Virus record (IMG/VR): IMGVR_UViG_2706796742_000001 | Coordinates: 23,511 to 87,510 of that record | From: a virus | Lineage: Duplodnaviria > Heunggongvirae > Uroviricota > Caudoviricetes | DNA length: 64,000 bases | Strand: one strand, 5' to 3' | Shown here: in pieces, positions 41,810 to 50,642 of the stretch | Position numbering within the stretch: the first letter of the stretch is position 1 | Layout: every line of letters starts with the position of its first letter | Notes under the pieces: model-generated | Database searches by the model: none | Told to the model about the DNA's origin: nothing | Seen by the model: the letters and a program-made list of their open reading frames with translations, nothing else | Program-made: the position numbers and the translations under genes

Positions 41810-42232
41810 ATGCAGAAAATGTTTGTTCACCCAGACATAGCTGACTTTGTTAGAGCTTTGCAGAAGTTGGAAGAACTTGACATTGCTGCTCAACGGGAAT
41901 ATGCTCACCATCACAGGAGAATGGTTGATATACAACATGAGATAGAGTTGTCTGAAAACTATGAAGATGACTTAAAATGCTCTGTATTTGAGCATATGAA
42001 AGATGTTGCTACAGCGAGGCGTAAAGCTAAAGACACAGTTGCTTTACTAGATTCTCTTAAAAAGAGGTTGCAAAGTGGTACAGACCTGTGTAATCTAGCG
42101 TCACTGATTAACGATGTTGAAACTTCTTGGGATAGACATTACTATCCACGTTCTGAAAAGACACTTGACTTTTCTTCATCCGAAAACTTAAAATGTTCTA
42201 GAAAGAAACTTAACAAACTGAGAGAGAAATAA
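41810..42232 (+). CDS. hypothetical protein
   Basis: 140-aa ORF. Confidence 0.45.
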   Translation: MQKMFVHPDIADFVRALQKLEELDIAAQREYAHHHRRMVDIQHEIELSENYEDDLKCSVFEHMKDVATARRKAKDTVALLDSLKKRLQSGTDLCNLASLINDVETSWDRHYYPRSEKTLDFSSSENLKCSRKKLNKLREK

Positions 42233-42233
42233 T

Positions 42234-43046
42234 ATGAACACTACTGTAGACCAGATGCTTAAAGAAAAAGGTGTTGACGAAGCATTCTTAATCAATGCCG
42301 TAGAAAGCATGGCTATGATTCTTCGTGGAAACAACTATACAGAACAGTTTATGCCTGCAAGCTATAACTTACCTAAAGACAAGTCTGATGACGGTGCTTT
42401 TGCAGAACAGGTTAATATGATGCTGTGTGACAAGAAACTTGCTTTAGCATCTATCGTTGTAGGTGTTGATGCTCTTGCAGAGTTCATCTTTTATGAGATG
42501 CAGAAAAATGACTATATTGCCATGACCTCTGAAGAAAAAGACTCGCTACTACTCTTAGATGATAATGAGCTAGTTGACCTGTTAATTTCGTCAACGAGTG
42601 CTGTTATGGCTGCGCTTGAGAAGCGCATGGAAGAGAAGCTGTCACGATATGAAAAACTTGATTGGGGTGTAGAAGAGTTAAACACACGAATCAAAGAGAT
42701 TATCCAGCAAACCAAAGATTCTTTGGAAGAAGCTGTGAAAGATGATTCCGTAGCTGATGTAGAACCACTACAGGTGAAGGTCGCTCTGATGATTCCAGCT
42801 ATTTCTACAATGATGAATATCGTTGCACTAATCCAACTTTCTCAGATGTTGGGTGTAACCATTGAGTTCGTTGAGGAGATGACTGGTGGTGTCAGTATGC
42901 AAGCAATCAATGATGTTTTGGTAAACATTGGCGCTTCAATCATTGAAGAGAAGCTGCGTATTAACTTTGGTGATGATTTTGTGAAGCAAGTATCAGCTAT
43001 GGCTGAAAAAGAGTATTCACAGATTAATACCGACCAACTGCGCTAA
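42234..43046 (+). CDS. hypothetical protein
   Basis: 270-aa ORF. Confidence 0.45.
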   Translation: MNTTVDQMLKEKGVDEAFLINAVESMAMILRGNNYTEQFMPASYNLPKDKSDDGAFAEQVNMMLCDKKLALASIVVGVDALAEFIFYEMQKNDYIAMTSEEKDSLLLLDDNELVDLLISSTSAVMAALEKRMEEKLSRYEKLDWGVEELNTRIKEIIQQTKDSLEEAVKDDSVADVEPLQVKVALMIPAISTMMNIVALIQLSQMLGVTIEFVEEMTGGVSMQAINDVLVNIGASIIEEKLRINFGDDFVKQVSAMAEKEYSQINTDQLR

Positions 43047-43064
43047 GTCTTTATAAACCTTACA

Positions 43065-43089
43065 AGCCTCCTTAGTTGGGGGCTTTTTA
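43065..43089 (+). terminator. intrinsic terminator
   Basis: AGCCTCC-TTAGTT-GGGGGCT followed by TTTT. Confidence 0.5.
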
Positions 43090-43092
43090 GTA

Positions 43093-43851
43093 ATGAAGGG
43101 AAATAGAATGAGTAGTATTATTGCATTTACTGGAAAGGCACGTTCTGGAAAAGACACCTCATGTTCTATTGTCAAGAATATCTTAGAAGATGAGTATGGT
43201 TACAATGTTGCAGTAATGGCCTATGCAGACAATCTTAAGCTGTCTGCGTCAAAGATATTTGACTTGACATGGAATGACCTTTACGGAGAAACTAAAGAGA
43301 CTCCACAGGTTTTTGATTTATCATACCCTGAACTTATGAGTAAAGTTACGGAAGCTATGGAGTTCACCTTCAGAGATGAACGTTACCATATGGACTTTAA
43401 GCTTATGTCTGAGTTAACCGGACGATTAATCATGGAACTTAAGAAGGTTGCTAAGCCAACTCTATTGACACGTCTGGGATTTAGCAAGAAGTATAAATTC
43501 TCATCAAGACAAATTCAACAGATTTGGGGTACTGAAGTTATCCGTAAAGTTATGGGTGACAAATTCTGGGCTAAAGACCTAGAAAAACGAATGGTAAATT
43601 TCTTTGATGTTTGCTCACTTAGGAATCAAGATGGTGTTGTTTTAATCAGTGACTTAAGGTTTGACTCTGAAGCTGAGTGGCTGAGTAGATTTGCACACCA
43701 GACTATTGAAGTAAAAAGAGACAATGTGGACAAGGTTTCATCACATGTTTCAGAAAATGGAATTTCTACCAAATATGCGCGTGACATTATCCAGAATAAT
43801 GGTACTCTTGAAGACCTTGAAAGCAAGCTAAGAGCTATCCTGAAAATTTAA
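43093..43851 (+). CDS. deoxynucleoside monophosphate kinase (T4 gp1-like)
   Basis: P-loop FTGKARSGKDTS; C-terminus NNGTLEDLESKLRAIL recalls T4 dNMP kinase as remembered. Confidence 0.65.
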   Translation: MKGNRMSSIIAFTGKARSGKDTSCSIVKNILEDEYGYNVAVMAYADNLKLSASKIFDLTWNDLYGETKETPQVFDLSYPELMSKVTEAMEFTFRDERYHMDFKLMSELTGRLIMELKKVAKPTLLTRLGFSKKYKFSSRQIQQIWGTEVIRKVMGDKFWAKDLEKRMVNFFDVCSLRNQDGVVLISDLRFDSEAEWLSRFAHQTIEVKRDNVDKVSSHVSENGISTKYARDIIQNNGTLEDLESKLRAILKI

Positions 43852-43859
43852 AAGAGAGA

Positions 43860-44060
43860 ATGAAGATGAGAGTAAAAGATAATTTTAAAGTTATTGACCA
43901 TCGTTTAGTGGAACTCTCATCTCTTTCCAATGAGGTAATGATTGAACGTCTTAAGAGAGTTGAATCACGAAGGAAAGAGATTGCAGATGAAATTCATGAA
44001 CTGGACAAGATTGAGGACGGATTGAAGGCAGAACTACAACGTAGAGGTGCTAATGTCTAA
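43860..44060 (+). CDS. hypothetical small protein
   Basis: 66-aa ORF. Confidence 0.35.
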   Translation: MKMRVKDNFKVIDHRLVELSSLSNEVMIERLKRVESRRKEIADEIHELDKIEDGLKAELQRRGANV

Positions 44061-46038
44061 AGGTCGTAAATTAAAAGAAGCTGGTCAGTTTATTGGTCAT
44101 TGTGCATGTCCACGTTGTGGTTCATCAGATGCTGGTTCAATCTACCATCATGACGATGATTCTTATTCAATGACTTGCTTTAGTTGTAATAAAGGTTTCC
44201 CAGAGTGGGATTTTGATAAAGGACAAATCGTGAGCACTTATTCTACTGGTTCAGATAATAAAAACCGTACTTTCCGTGGAATGGATTTAGACGATGTAAA
44301 AGAAAACCTAGAAGCAATGGACTTGAAAGATAGGAAGATTCCTGCAAAAGTCCTTGAACGTTTAGGTATCAAGGTTGACATTGATAGTGACGGCGAAATT
44401 GACGCACATTTCTATCCAACTTACAAACGTAATGAAGATGGTAAGCTAGAGCACGTCGGTTATCGTGTACGTCACCGTTACCCAGAAGACCACCCAAAAG
44501 AACACCTACGTGGTAAGCTAAAAGACTTTTCAGGTGGTGTTGGGGACATTAAAGGTGAACTGGCAATGTTCGGTTCATGGATTGCTCCAGAAGGTGGTAA
44601 CCGTCTATTCATTTGGGAAGGTGAGATGGAATGTGCCACAGCAATCTACATGACTTCTCTGGCGATTAAAGATAAGTCTCGTCGTAAGAATTACTGTCAC
44701 GTATCTGTTCCATCGGGTGCAAACATTAAGTCTATCAAAGACAACTATCAGTACATCACATCATTTGATGAGATTTACTTGTGCTTTGATAACGATGAAG
44801 CAGGTGCTAAAGCTACCAAAGAGGCTGCTGGTATCCTACCTATTGAGAAGGTTCGTTTATTCCAGTACCCAGAAGGCGTAAAAGACCTTAACGAATGGTG
44901 GACAAAGTTCTATAAAGAGAAAGACACAGTTCTGGAAGGATTTAAGCAGCGTATCTACAATGCACCTCGTTACTGCCCTGCTGGTATCAAGAACTTTGCA
45001 GACGGTTTTGAGGCAATGAAGAATCGTGGTCAGATTCCATTGATTCCTTTCCCAGAGTCTTTCGGGGATTTGAACAGGCTGACTTATGGTGGTTATGGTT
45101 TAGGTGAGATTACAACCATTGCAGCACCATCTTCAGTAGGTAAGTCAGCTTACACTCGTGAGATGATTTATTCAGCTTGGAAAGAAACTGACTATAATAT
45201 CGGTGTAATTCCTGTAGAAGATACCTATGAAGAGTTGATGGAGATGCTCTGTGCAATCCACCTGAGTAAACAGATTTCTGAGATTCCTTATGATGAACGG
45301 GATTGGGATGAATTAAAAGGAGCACACGCAGAACTGTCTAAAGGTCGTCGTATCCATATCGTTGACCATCAAGGGGCAATTGACCAAGATAACCTGCTAG
45401 AGTTTGTTGACTACCTTGTTAACAGTTTAGACTGTAAGATTATTATTCTTGACCCTATTACGTTGGCTCTGTCACGTTCTGATACGGATGAAGAAGAAGT
45501 TTTGTCTGAGCTATTGCGTCGTTGCAAACGCTACCAGTATGCGCAGGTAAACGTATGTCACGTTCGTAAGAGTGCAGGTGGCCAGAAAGCTAACTCTGAA
45601 GGTGGGGATATCTCTGAAGAGGATATTAAGGGTTCTGGTGCGTATTTCCAGATTTCCATGAATAATATTTTGTTAATGCGTAACAAGGTTGACCCAGACC
45701 CTGTTAAGAAAAACTTGACAAAAATCAAGTTAACTAAGTGTCGTCGTCATGGTAAGTCAACAGGTATTGCTGGTCATACTTGGTACAATCCAGACACAGG
45801 ACGTCTTATCAAAGCTTCTGGATGTGGTGTTGATATTGATGGTGCAGCAGAAAATATCCGTCAACAGTTTGGCATTGGTGAAGCTGAAGACCATTACGAT
45901 GACTCTTTACCTCATTATGAGGATGAAGTGTTTGACCGTGAGACTGGTGAAGTCTATACTGAAGAACAGCGTCAAAGCTCAACGATTCCACCTGTATTAA
46001 GTGAGGATGCAGATGACTGCCCATTCGAAACTGAGTGA
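44047..46038 (+). CDS. DNA primase-helicase (T7 gp4-like)
   Basis: N-terminal zinc finger CACPRCGSSD ... CFSCN; Walker A APSSVGKSA in C-terminal half; 663 aa. Confidence 0.8.
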   Translation: MLMSKGRKLKEAGQFIGHCACPRCGSSDAGSIYHHDDDSYSMTCFSCNKGFPEWDFDKGQIVSTYSTGSDNKNRTFRGMDLDDVKENLEAMDLKDRKIPAKVLERLGIKVDIDSDGEIDAHFYPTYKRNEDGKLEHVGYRVRHRYPEDHPKEHLRGKLKDFSGGVGDIKGELAMFGSWIAPEGGNRLFIWEGEMECATAIYMTSLAIKDKSRRKNYCHVSVPSGANIKSIKDNYQYITSFDEIYLCFDNDEAGAKATKEAAGILPIEKVRLFQYPEGVKDLNEWWTKFYKEKDTVLEGFKQRIYNAPRYCPAGIKNFADGFEAMKNRGQIPLIPFPESFGDLNRLTYGGYGLGEITTIAAPSSVGKSAYTREMIYSAWKETDYNIGVIPVEDTYEELMEMLCAIHLSKQISEIPYDERDWDELKGAHAELSKGRRIHIVDHQGAIDQDNLLEFVDYLVNSLDCKIIILDPITLALSRSDTDEEEVLSELLRRCKRYQYAQVNVCHVRKSAGGQKANSEGGDISEEDIKGSGAYFQISMNNILLMRNKVDPDPVKKNLTKIKLTKCRRHGKSTGIAGHTWYNPDTGRLIKASGCGVDIDGAAENIRQQFGIGEAEDHYDDSLPHYEDEVFDRETGEVYTEEQRQSSTIPPVLSEDADDCPFETE

Positions 46039-46108
46039 TAGTTATAAAAGAGAGGGGTTCACACCCTTCTTTGAAGAAAAAAGTTTAAATAAATTTCAGG
46101 AAGAGTAT

Positions 46109-46137
46109 TTGACAAAGATTGATAGGTTCTATAGAAT
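46109..46137 (+). promoter_or_regulatory. sigma70-like promoter
   Basis: TTGACA 46109-46114, 17-nt spacer, TAGAAT 46132-46137. Confidence 0.45.
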
Positions 46138-46290
46138 GCTCCACATGAAATGCAATGGGGGAGTTGAGATAGAACAAGATTTCCACCAGAGCATGATTAC
46201 GGTCATCGTTGCGCTACCTCAGCATAATATTAGTTGGCTGTTTATAATTAAAGAAAATGTGTTTGAATATCAAGTATATCGGAGAATATC

Positions 46291-46440
46291 ATGAAACACT
46301 CTAAAGCATTTGAAAAAGTTTTTGGGGATTCCTTAAAAGCCACTGCTGGCAAACCAGCAAAATACTATGAAGAGAAGCGTGTAAGAACTGGAAAAACTGC
46401 ACGTAAAGCAGCTTCTAAAGATAAGCACAACTTCCAGTAA
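46291..46440 (+). CDS. hypothetical small basic protein (49 aa)
   Basis: GGAGA RBS then ATG; MKHSKAFEKVFGDSLKATAGKPAKYYEEKRVRTGKTARKAASKDKHNFQ; below track cutoff. Confidence 0.3.
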   Translation: MKHSKAFEKVFGDSLKATAGKPAKYYEEKRVRTGKTARKAASKDKHNFQ

Positions 46441-46447
46441 TTAATGT

Positions 46448-46476
46448 TTGACAATAGAGTATCAACAAATTAGAAT
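46448..46476 (+). promoter_or_regulatory. sigma70-like promoter
   Basis: TTGACA 46448-46453, 17-nt spacer, TAGAAT 46471-46476. Confidence 0.55.
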
Positions 46477-46512
46477 TGGTACTCTTCATAAATTGAGATA
46501 GAGGTTTAAATA

Positions 46513-47370
46513 ATGTCTAAAGTTGTTAAAATGAAAGCTCCGGTAGAGAAGTACAATGGTACTGAACGTCAAACTCTGCGTTACCTGCTGAAAGATGTTT
46601 GGTTTTATTACCTGAACACTTCACCACGTCCGGCAAAAGGTAAATCCATTGATAAGAAATTCCCAGGAAAAGATTGTAACTACAGTGTTTCAATTCTGGC
46701 AGAAGATGGTAACAAGCTGTTTAAAGAGTTTACTAAGTCTAAGAAAAACCCAGAAGGTTGGGATAAAGTTACTACTGAAGCAGTTGATGCAGATGACTTC
46801 GAAGAGAAGTTTGGTTGCAAACCACCATTTGAAGCAGATACTTACCACATCTTGAAAGTAAGTCGTGCAGCAGCTTATAAAGATGGTGCTGTGTGGACAG
46901 CTAAACAGTCATTCCCTGTAATGCTGATTGAAGAAGTAAATGGTAAGCGTGTAGCTGTTAAACAGCCGATGAAGAAAATCAAAGCTCAAGCATCTGACAA
47001 ACATGAAGATGACAAGAACTATGATGTAATTCATCCAGATATTGCAGTCGGTAACGGTTCTTTTGGTAGTGTGATTCTTTCTACTCACTTCTACACTTTT
47101 GAGAACAATGTTCTGACAAAACCTATTCAGGAACAGTTTATCATTGATACTCTTGTACCTTACACTGGTGGTAACGGTGCTAATGGCGAACCTGAACTGG
47201 ATGAAGACGAACTGGCTATGCTTGGTCTTGATGGTGTTGAAGATAACGGTGAAATCACTGAAGAAGATGCAAAAGACCACAAACCTTCGAATGATTCTGA
47301 TGATGGTGACGATGAAGACTTGCCAGACCCAGATGACGAAGAAGATGAAGACTTCGATACAGAAGACTAA
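46513..47370 (+). CDS. putative ssDNA-binding protein (gp2.5-like) with acidic C-terminal tail
   Basis: 285 aa; C-terminus DDGDDEDLPDPDDEEDEDFDTED; placement between primase-helicase and exonuclease. Confidence 0.45.
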   Translation: MSKVVKMKAPVEKYNGTERQTLRYLLKDVWFYYLNTSPRPAKGKSIDKKFPGKDCNYSVSILAEDGNKLFKEFTKSKKNPEGWDKVTTEAVDADDFEEKFGCKPPFEADTYHILKVSRAAAYKDGAVWTAKQSFPVMLIEEVNGKRVAVKQPMKKIKAQASDKHEDDKNYDVIHPDIAVGNGSFGSVILSTHFYTFENNVLTKPIQEQFIIDTLVPYTGGNGANGEPELDEDELAMLGLDGVEDNGEITEEDAKDHKPSNDSDDGDDEDLPDPDDEEDEDFDTED

Positions 47371-47388
47371 TCTCTAAAAGTTACTTTA

Positions 47389-47416
47389 AAGCCCTGTACT
47401 TAGTATGGGGCTTTTT
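47389..47416 (+). terminator. intrinsic terminator
   Basis: AGCCC-TGTACTTAGTAT-GGGGCT followed by TTTTT. Confidence 0.5.
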
Positions 47417-47432
47417 CATATGGAGAGTCACA

Positions 47433-48473
47433 ATGGAGAAGTATACACTAACAAAACTTCCCGATTCAGTTACACATGTCTTTATTGACTCTGACAGTAT
47501 TGCCTATAAAGGTGCTTGTGTAGTTGAGAAAGCAAAATATAAGTATGTCAATAAACTCACAGCAGAAGAGTCTGAACCATTTGATAATGCAAAAGACGCT
47601 GCAAGATGGTTGGCAGACCAGAGAATCTTTGTAGAAGAGCTTGGCCTAGCATTTGATGAAGATGAATGGGAAAGACAGACTTGGAAAGAAGCTAAGAGTG
47701 AAAAAGAAGCCATCATGGCTACTCAGCAGGTTCTTCAGGAATGGCTTAAGGTTGTTGGTAAAGAAAGAACTTGGGTAGGTTACTTGACAGAGAAGGGTGT
47801 GCATAAACATAAAGACGTTAAAGGTCTTGAGCACCAATATCAAGGTAACCGCAAAGATGCTGTCACACCAACACATTTAGTTGCTTGTCGTGAATATCTT
47901 TTATCCAGACCAGAGTTCAAACTTTTAAGGGGAGGATTCGAAGCCGATTCAATCGTAATTGCTAAAGCTGAAAAGATGGGTAAGAAAGCTGCTCTTATGA
48001 GTATTGACAAAGACCTTCGACAAGCTGAAGGGACTTATTGTATTGATATGACTTATGAAAAGTCACCACTAATTTTTATTGCTGACAACAATGTTGGTGA
48101 TATCTGGGATTGTCCTATCAAATCAAAACCAAAAGCTGCAAAAACAGTTGGTGTAGGTTTTAAATTCTTGTGTTATCAGGCTGTTGCTGGAGATAATGCA
48201 GACAACTACTTCGGCCTTAAAGGTGCTGGTAAAGTAGCTGTGATGAATGCTTTAGAGGGTAAAGAGACCTACAAAGAGTGTCTTGATGCTATCTATGAAC
48301 TTTATGCTAAAAAAGATTCTTATACCTATGTGTCATGGGATGGACAGACCGTTACAAAGACACCATTAGAGTTAATGGAACAGCATTTCTGGGTGGCATA
48401 TCAAGAGAGAAATCCAAAAGATAATTTCTCTTTTAAGAAATATAATTGGGAGCCGTGTATGAATGAAGATTAA
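47433..48473 (+). CDS. 5'-3' exonuclease (T7 gp6/FEN-like)
   Basis: acidic clusters FIDSDSIAYKG, YQGNRK, SIDKDL, AVAGDNADNYFGLKGAGKVA match the pattern of T7 gene 6 exonuclease as remembered. Confidence 0.6.
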   Translation: MEKYTLTKLPDSVTHVFIDSDSIAYKGACVVEKAKYKYVNKLTAEESEPFDNAKDAARWLADQRIFVEELGLAFDEDEWERQTWKEAKSEKEAIMATQQVLQEWLKVVGKERTWVGYLTEKGVHKHKDVKGLEHQYQGNRKDAVTPTHLVACREYLLSRPEFKLLRGGFEADSIVIAKAEKMGKKAALMSIDKDLRQAEGTYCIDMTYEKSPLIFIADNNVGDIWDCPIKSKPKAAKTVGVGFKFLCYQAVAGDNADNYFGLKGAGKVAVMNALEGKETYKECLDAIYELYAKKDSYTYVSWDGQTVTKTPLELMEQHFWVAYQERNPKDNFSFKKYNWEPCMNED

Positions 48474-48960
48474 AGGTTTTGGCAATTGTCCTACCTATGG
48501 TCATTGGGTATCTTTGTGTGGGGAAGTTGAACCCACTAAACATTTTGGTTTTGTCTATTTAGTACACTGTAAGAAGACCGGACAATATTATATCGGAAAG
48601 AAACAGCTTAATAGTGTGACCAAAAGAAAAGTTGCTGGCAAGACTCGGAAGAAGGTAGTCACTAAGGAGAGTGATTGGATGACTTATGAGACTTCTTCTG
48701 AGTATATTAAAAAAGATATCGAGAGCTTTGGAAAAGAATTTTTTGACTTTTACATTATCCAAACCTACTACACGAAAGGTGGTCTAGTTTATGGTGAAGC
48801 AAACCTCCAACATAAATTCGATGTAATGACAAAAAGGATTGACTCTAAGCTCAGACTCTTCTACAATGCCAATATTGCAGCAATTAAGTTTATCACTAAA
48901 GAAACTTATGAAGATGCTGAAAAAAGAATCCATAAGGTAATGAAAGCGAATTGTGCTTGA
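48463..48960 (+). CDS. GIY-YIG-like endonuclease domain protein
   Basis: GFVYLVHCKKTGQYYIGKK resembles GIY-(10 aa)-YIG. Confidence 0.4.
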   Translation: MKIKGFGNCPTYGHWVSLCGEVEPTKHFGFVYLVHCKKTGQYYIGKKQLNSVTKRKVAGKTRKKVVTKESDWMTYETSSEYIKKDIESFGKEFFDFYIIQTYYTKGGLVYGEANLQHKFDVMTKRIDSKLRLFYNANIAAIKFITKETYEDAEKRIHKVMKANCA

Positions 48961-48966
48961 TAATTA

Positions 48967-49230
48967 TTGAGAGAGAATAAAATGTTTAACAAAAGTAAAG
49001 CTGTGAGTCATGTAGCAAAGGTTGACAGCAAGATTGAAGAACTTGAGCGCATTCTTGCAAATGCCAGAGAGTCAATAATTAAAGAAGTTGAAGCTGTTGA
49101 GTCTCAAATGCAGCACCTAATGCTTAAACGTCAAGAACTACGTGAGCATCTGGAATATATTGAAACACGAGAGCTAAAGGTTAACAGATATTTTAAGGAG
49201 TCCAAATGTTTAACTCAAGAGAATCAGTAA
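48967..49230 (+). CDS. hypothetical coiled-coil protein
   Basis: 87-aa ORF. Confidence 0.4.
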   Translation: MRENKMFNKSKAVSHVAKVDSKIEELERILANARESIIKEVEAVESQMQHLMLKRQELREHLEYIETRELKVNRYFKESKCLTQENQ

Positions 49231-49961
49231 AAAACTGGAATCTTCGTTGTGGAAACACTCAAAAGCAACCTTACAGTGATGAGTATTGGGAATCTTTGAA
49301 ATCCCAGTCTCTGTGTATGCTTGAAGAAGCAAAAGAGCTTGTAAAAGCAATTGAAGAGAAAGACCCCATTGAGACACTGGATGCTCAGGCAGATTTGCAA
49401 TATGTTCTTGACGGTTTGATTTACCTGTCACAACATGACCACAATGGCGCTATGGAAGCTGTTTGCCATAATAATGACCTGAAGTATACAGACGACTATG
49501 AAGAAGCTTTGAAACGTCTTGCAGATATTGAGAAGCGTACTGGTCAAGAGTGTGTTATCAGAATGTCAGTAGTTGATGGTAAAGAGTGGTATGCAATTGC
49601 TCGTGCAGCCGATGGGAAGATTATGAAGCAATCAAATCTCCCTAAAGTACAGCTTGGTGAATACATTGTAGAGCTTGAAAGCCAAGAACTTTTTGTGGTA
49701 GTATCTGAGACATGCGTTATCTGCAAAGGTATTGTAGGTAGCTTAAAGGATTTGGGTGTAGATGGTTTTGTAGAAGTTAATCCAATTACCTCTAAAGCAG
49801 ATAAAGATTTCTGTAAAGAGAATGGACTATGGATTGCAGATATTATCTACTATGATGGTGAGCAGTTCCATGTAACCTCATACCCGAAACTGAATTATGA
49901 TGCTAATAACCTGAAGTGCTGGTTAAAAGGGGTTGGTTATAATGGATTCACAGAACATTAA
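49206..49961 (+). CDS. hypothetical protein (possibly MazG-like NTP pyrophosphohydrolase)
   Basis: 251 aa; N-terminal helical region with spaced acidic residues EEAKELVKAIEEKDPIETLDAQADL; weak call. Confidence 0.3.
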   Translation: MFNSRESVKNWNLRCGNTQKQPYSDEYWESLKSQSLCMLEEAKELVKAIEEKDPIETLDAQADLQYVLDGLIYLSQHDHNGAMEAVCHNNDLKYTDDYEEALKRLADIEKRTGQECVIRMSVVDGKEWYAIARAADGKIMKQSNLPKVQLGEYIVELESQELFVVVSETCVICKGIVGSLKDLGVDGFVEVNPITSKADKDFCKENGLWIADIIYYDGEQFHVTSYPKLNYDANNLKCWLKGVGYNGFTEH

Positions 49962-50265
49962 TAAAGAAGGTGTGGCTCAGAAGAGCCACTTCTCAAACTA
50001 CAATATTTCTATGACGGTGTTTATGAATGACCCGTTACTTGAGAAGTATGGTGAGACTCCAGATACACTTCTGGATAATGAACAAGTTTTAAAAGCAGTC
50101 CTGTACAAATATGGGATTGATATTGAGAAAGAGTATTCCTTTGAAATCTGCCTACACAGAAATACTTTTGGTAAAGTTGTAATGGCTCCACTCTTCATGG
50201 GTGTAGAAAGAACTGACTATGGTTGGTTATATCTAAAAAGAAACTTGGAGAAATACCGTGTCTAA
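49933..50265 (+). CDS. hypothetical protein
   Basis: 110-aa ORF. Confidence 0.4.
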   Translation: MVIMDSQNINKEGVAQKSHFSNYNISMTVFMNDPLLEKYGETPDTLLDNEQVLKAVLYKYGIDIEKEYSFEICLHRNTFGKVVMAPLFMGVERTDYGWLYLKRNLEKYRV

Positions 50266-50596
50266 AGCAAAAAAGCTATCTTATGATGACATTATCTCAG
50301 GTGCTAAGTTAGGTGTTGACAGTATCGGACAAGATGTTAAGCACGGAGACACAGTTATGTACTGTGATGACCGAAGAGGGAGAAGTGCAATCTTGTTTGG
50401 AAGAATTGTTTGCAAGATGCGAGGTAATTACGTTGTTGCAGACATGGATGTGAACGTTACACAAAAACTTGAAACACTTATGGATGATAATACATCATCA
50501 TGGTTCTCCCTGAATTGTATGCACACTTCTTCAGTCACAAAAGTAAGTGATAAGTTTTACGATATGTGGCAGAATGAGCAAATTTTCAAGATTTAA
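50258..50596 (+). CDS. hypothetical protein
   Basis: 112-aa ORF. Confidence 0.4.
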   Translation: MSKAKKLSYDDIISGAKLGVDSIGQDVKHGDTVMYCDDRRGRSAILFGRIVCKMRGNYVVADMDVNVTQKLETLMDDNTSSWFSLNCMHTSSVTKVSDKFYDMWQNEQIFKI

Positions 50597-50602
50597 ACTA
50601 GG

Positions 50603-50625
50603 GAGCCTCTTCGGAGGCTCTTTTC
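50603..50625 (+). terminator. intrinsic terminator with TTCG tetraloop
   Basis: GAGCCTC-TTCG-GAGGCTC followed by TTTT. Confidence 0.6.
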
Positions 50626-50642
50626 ATCTGTAGGATTTAAAA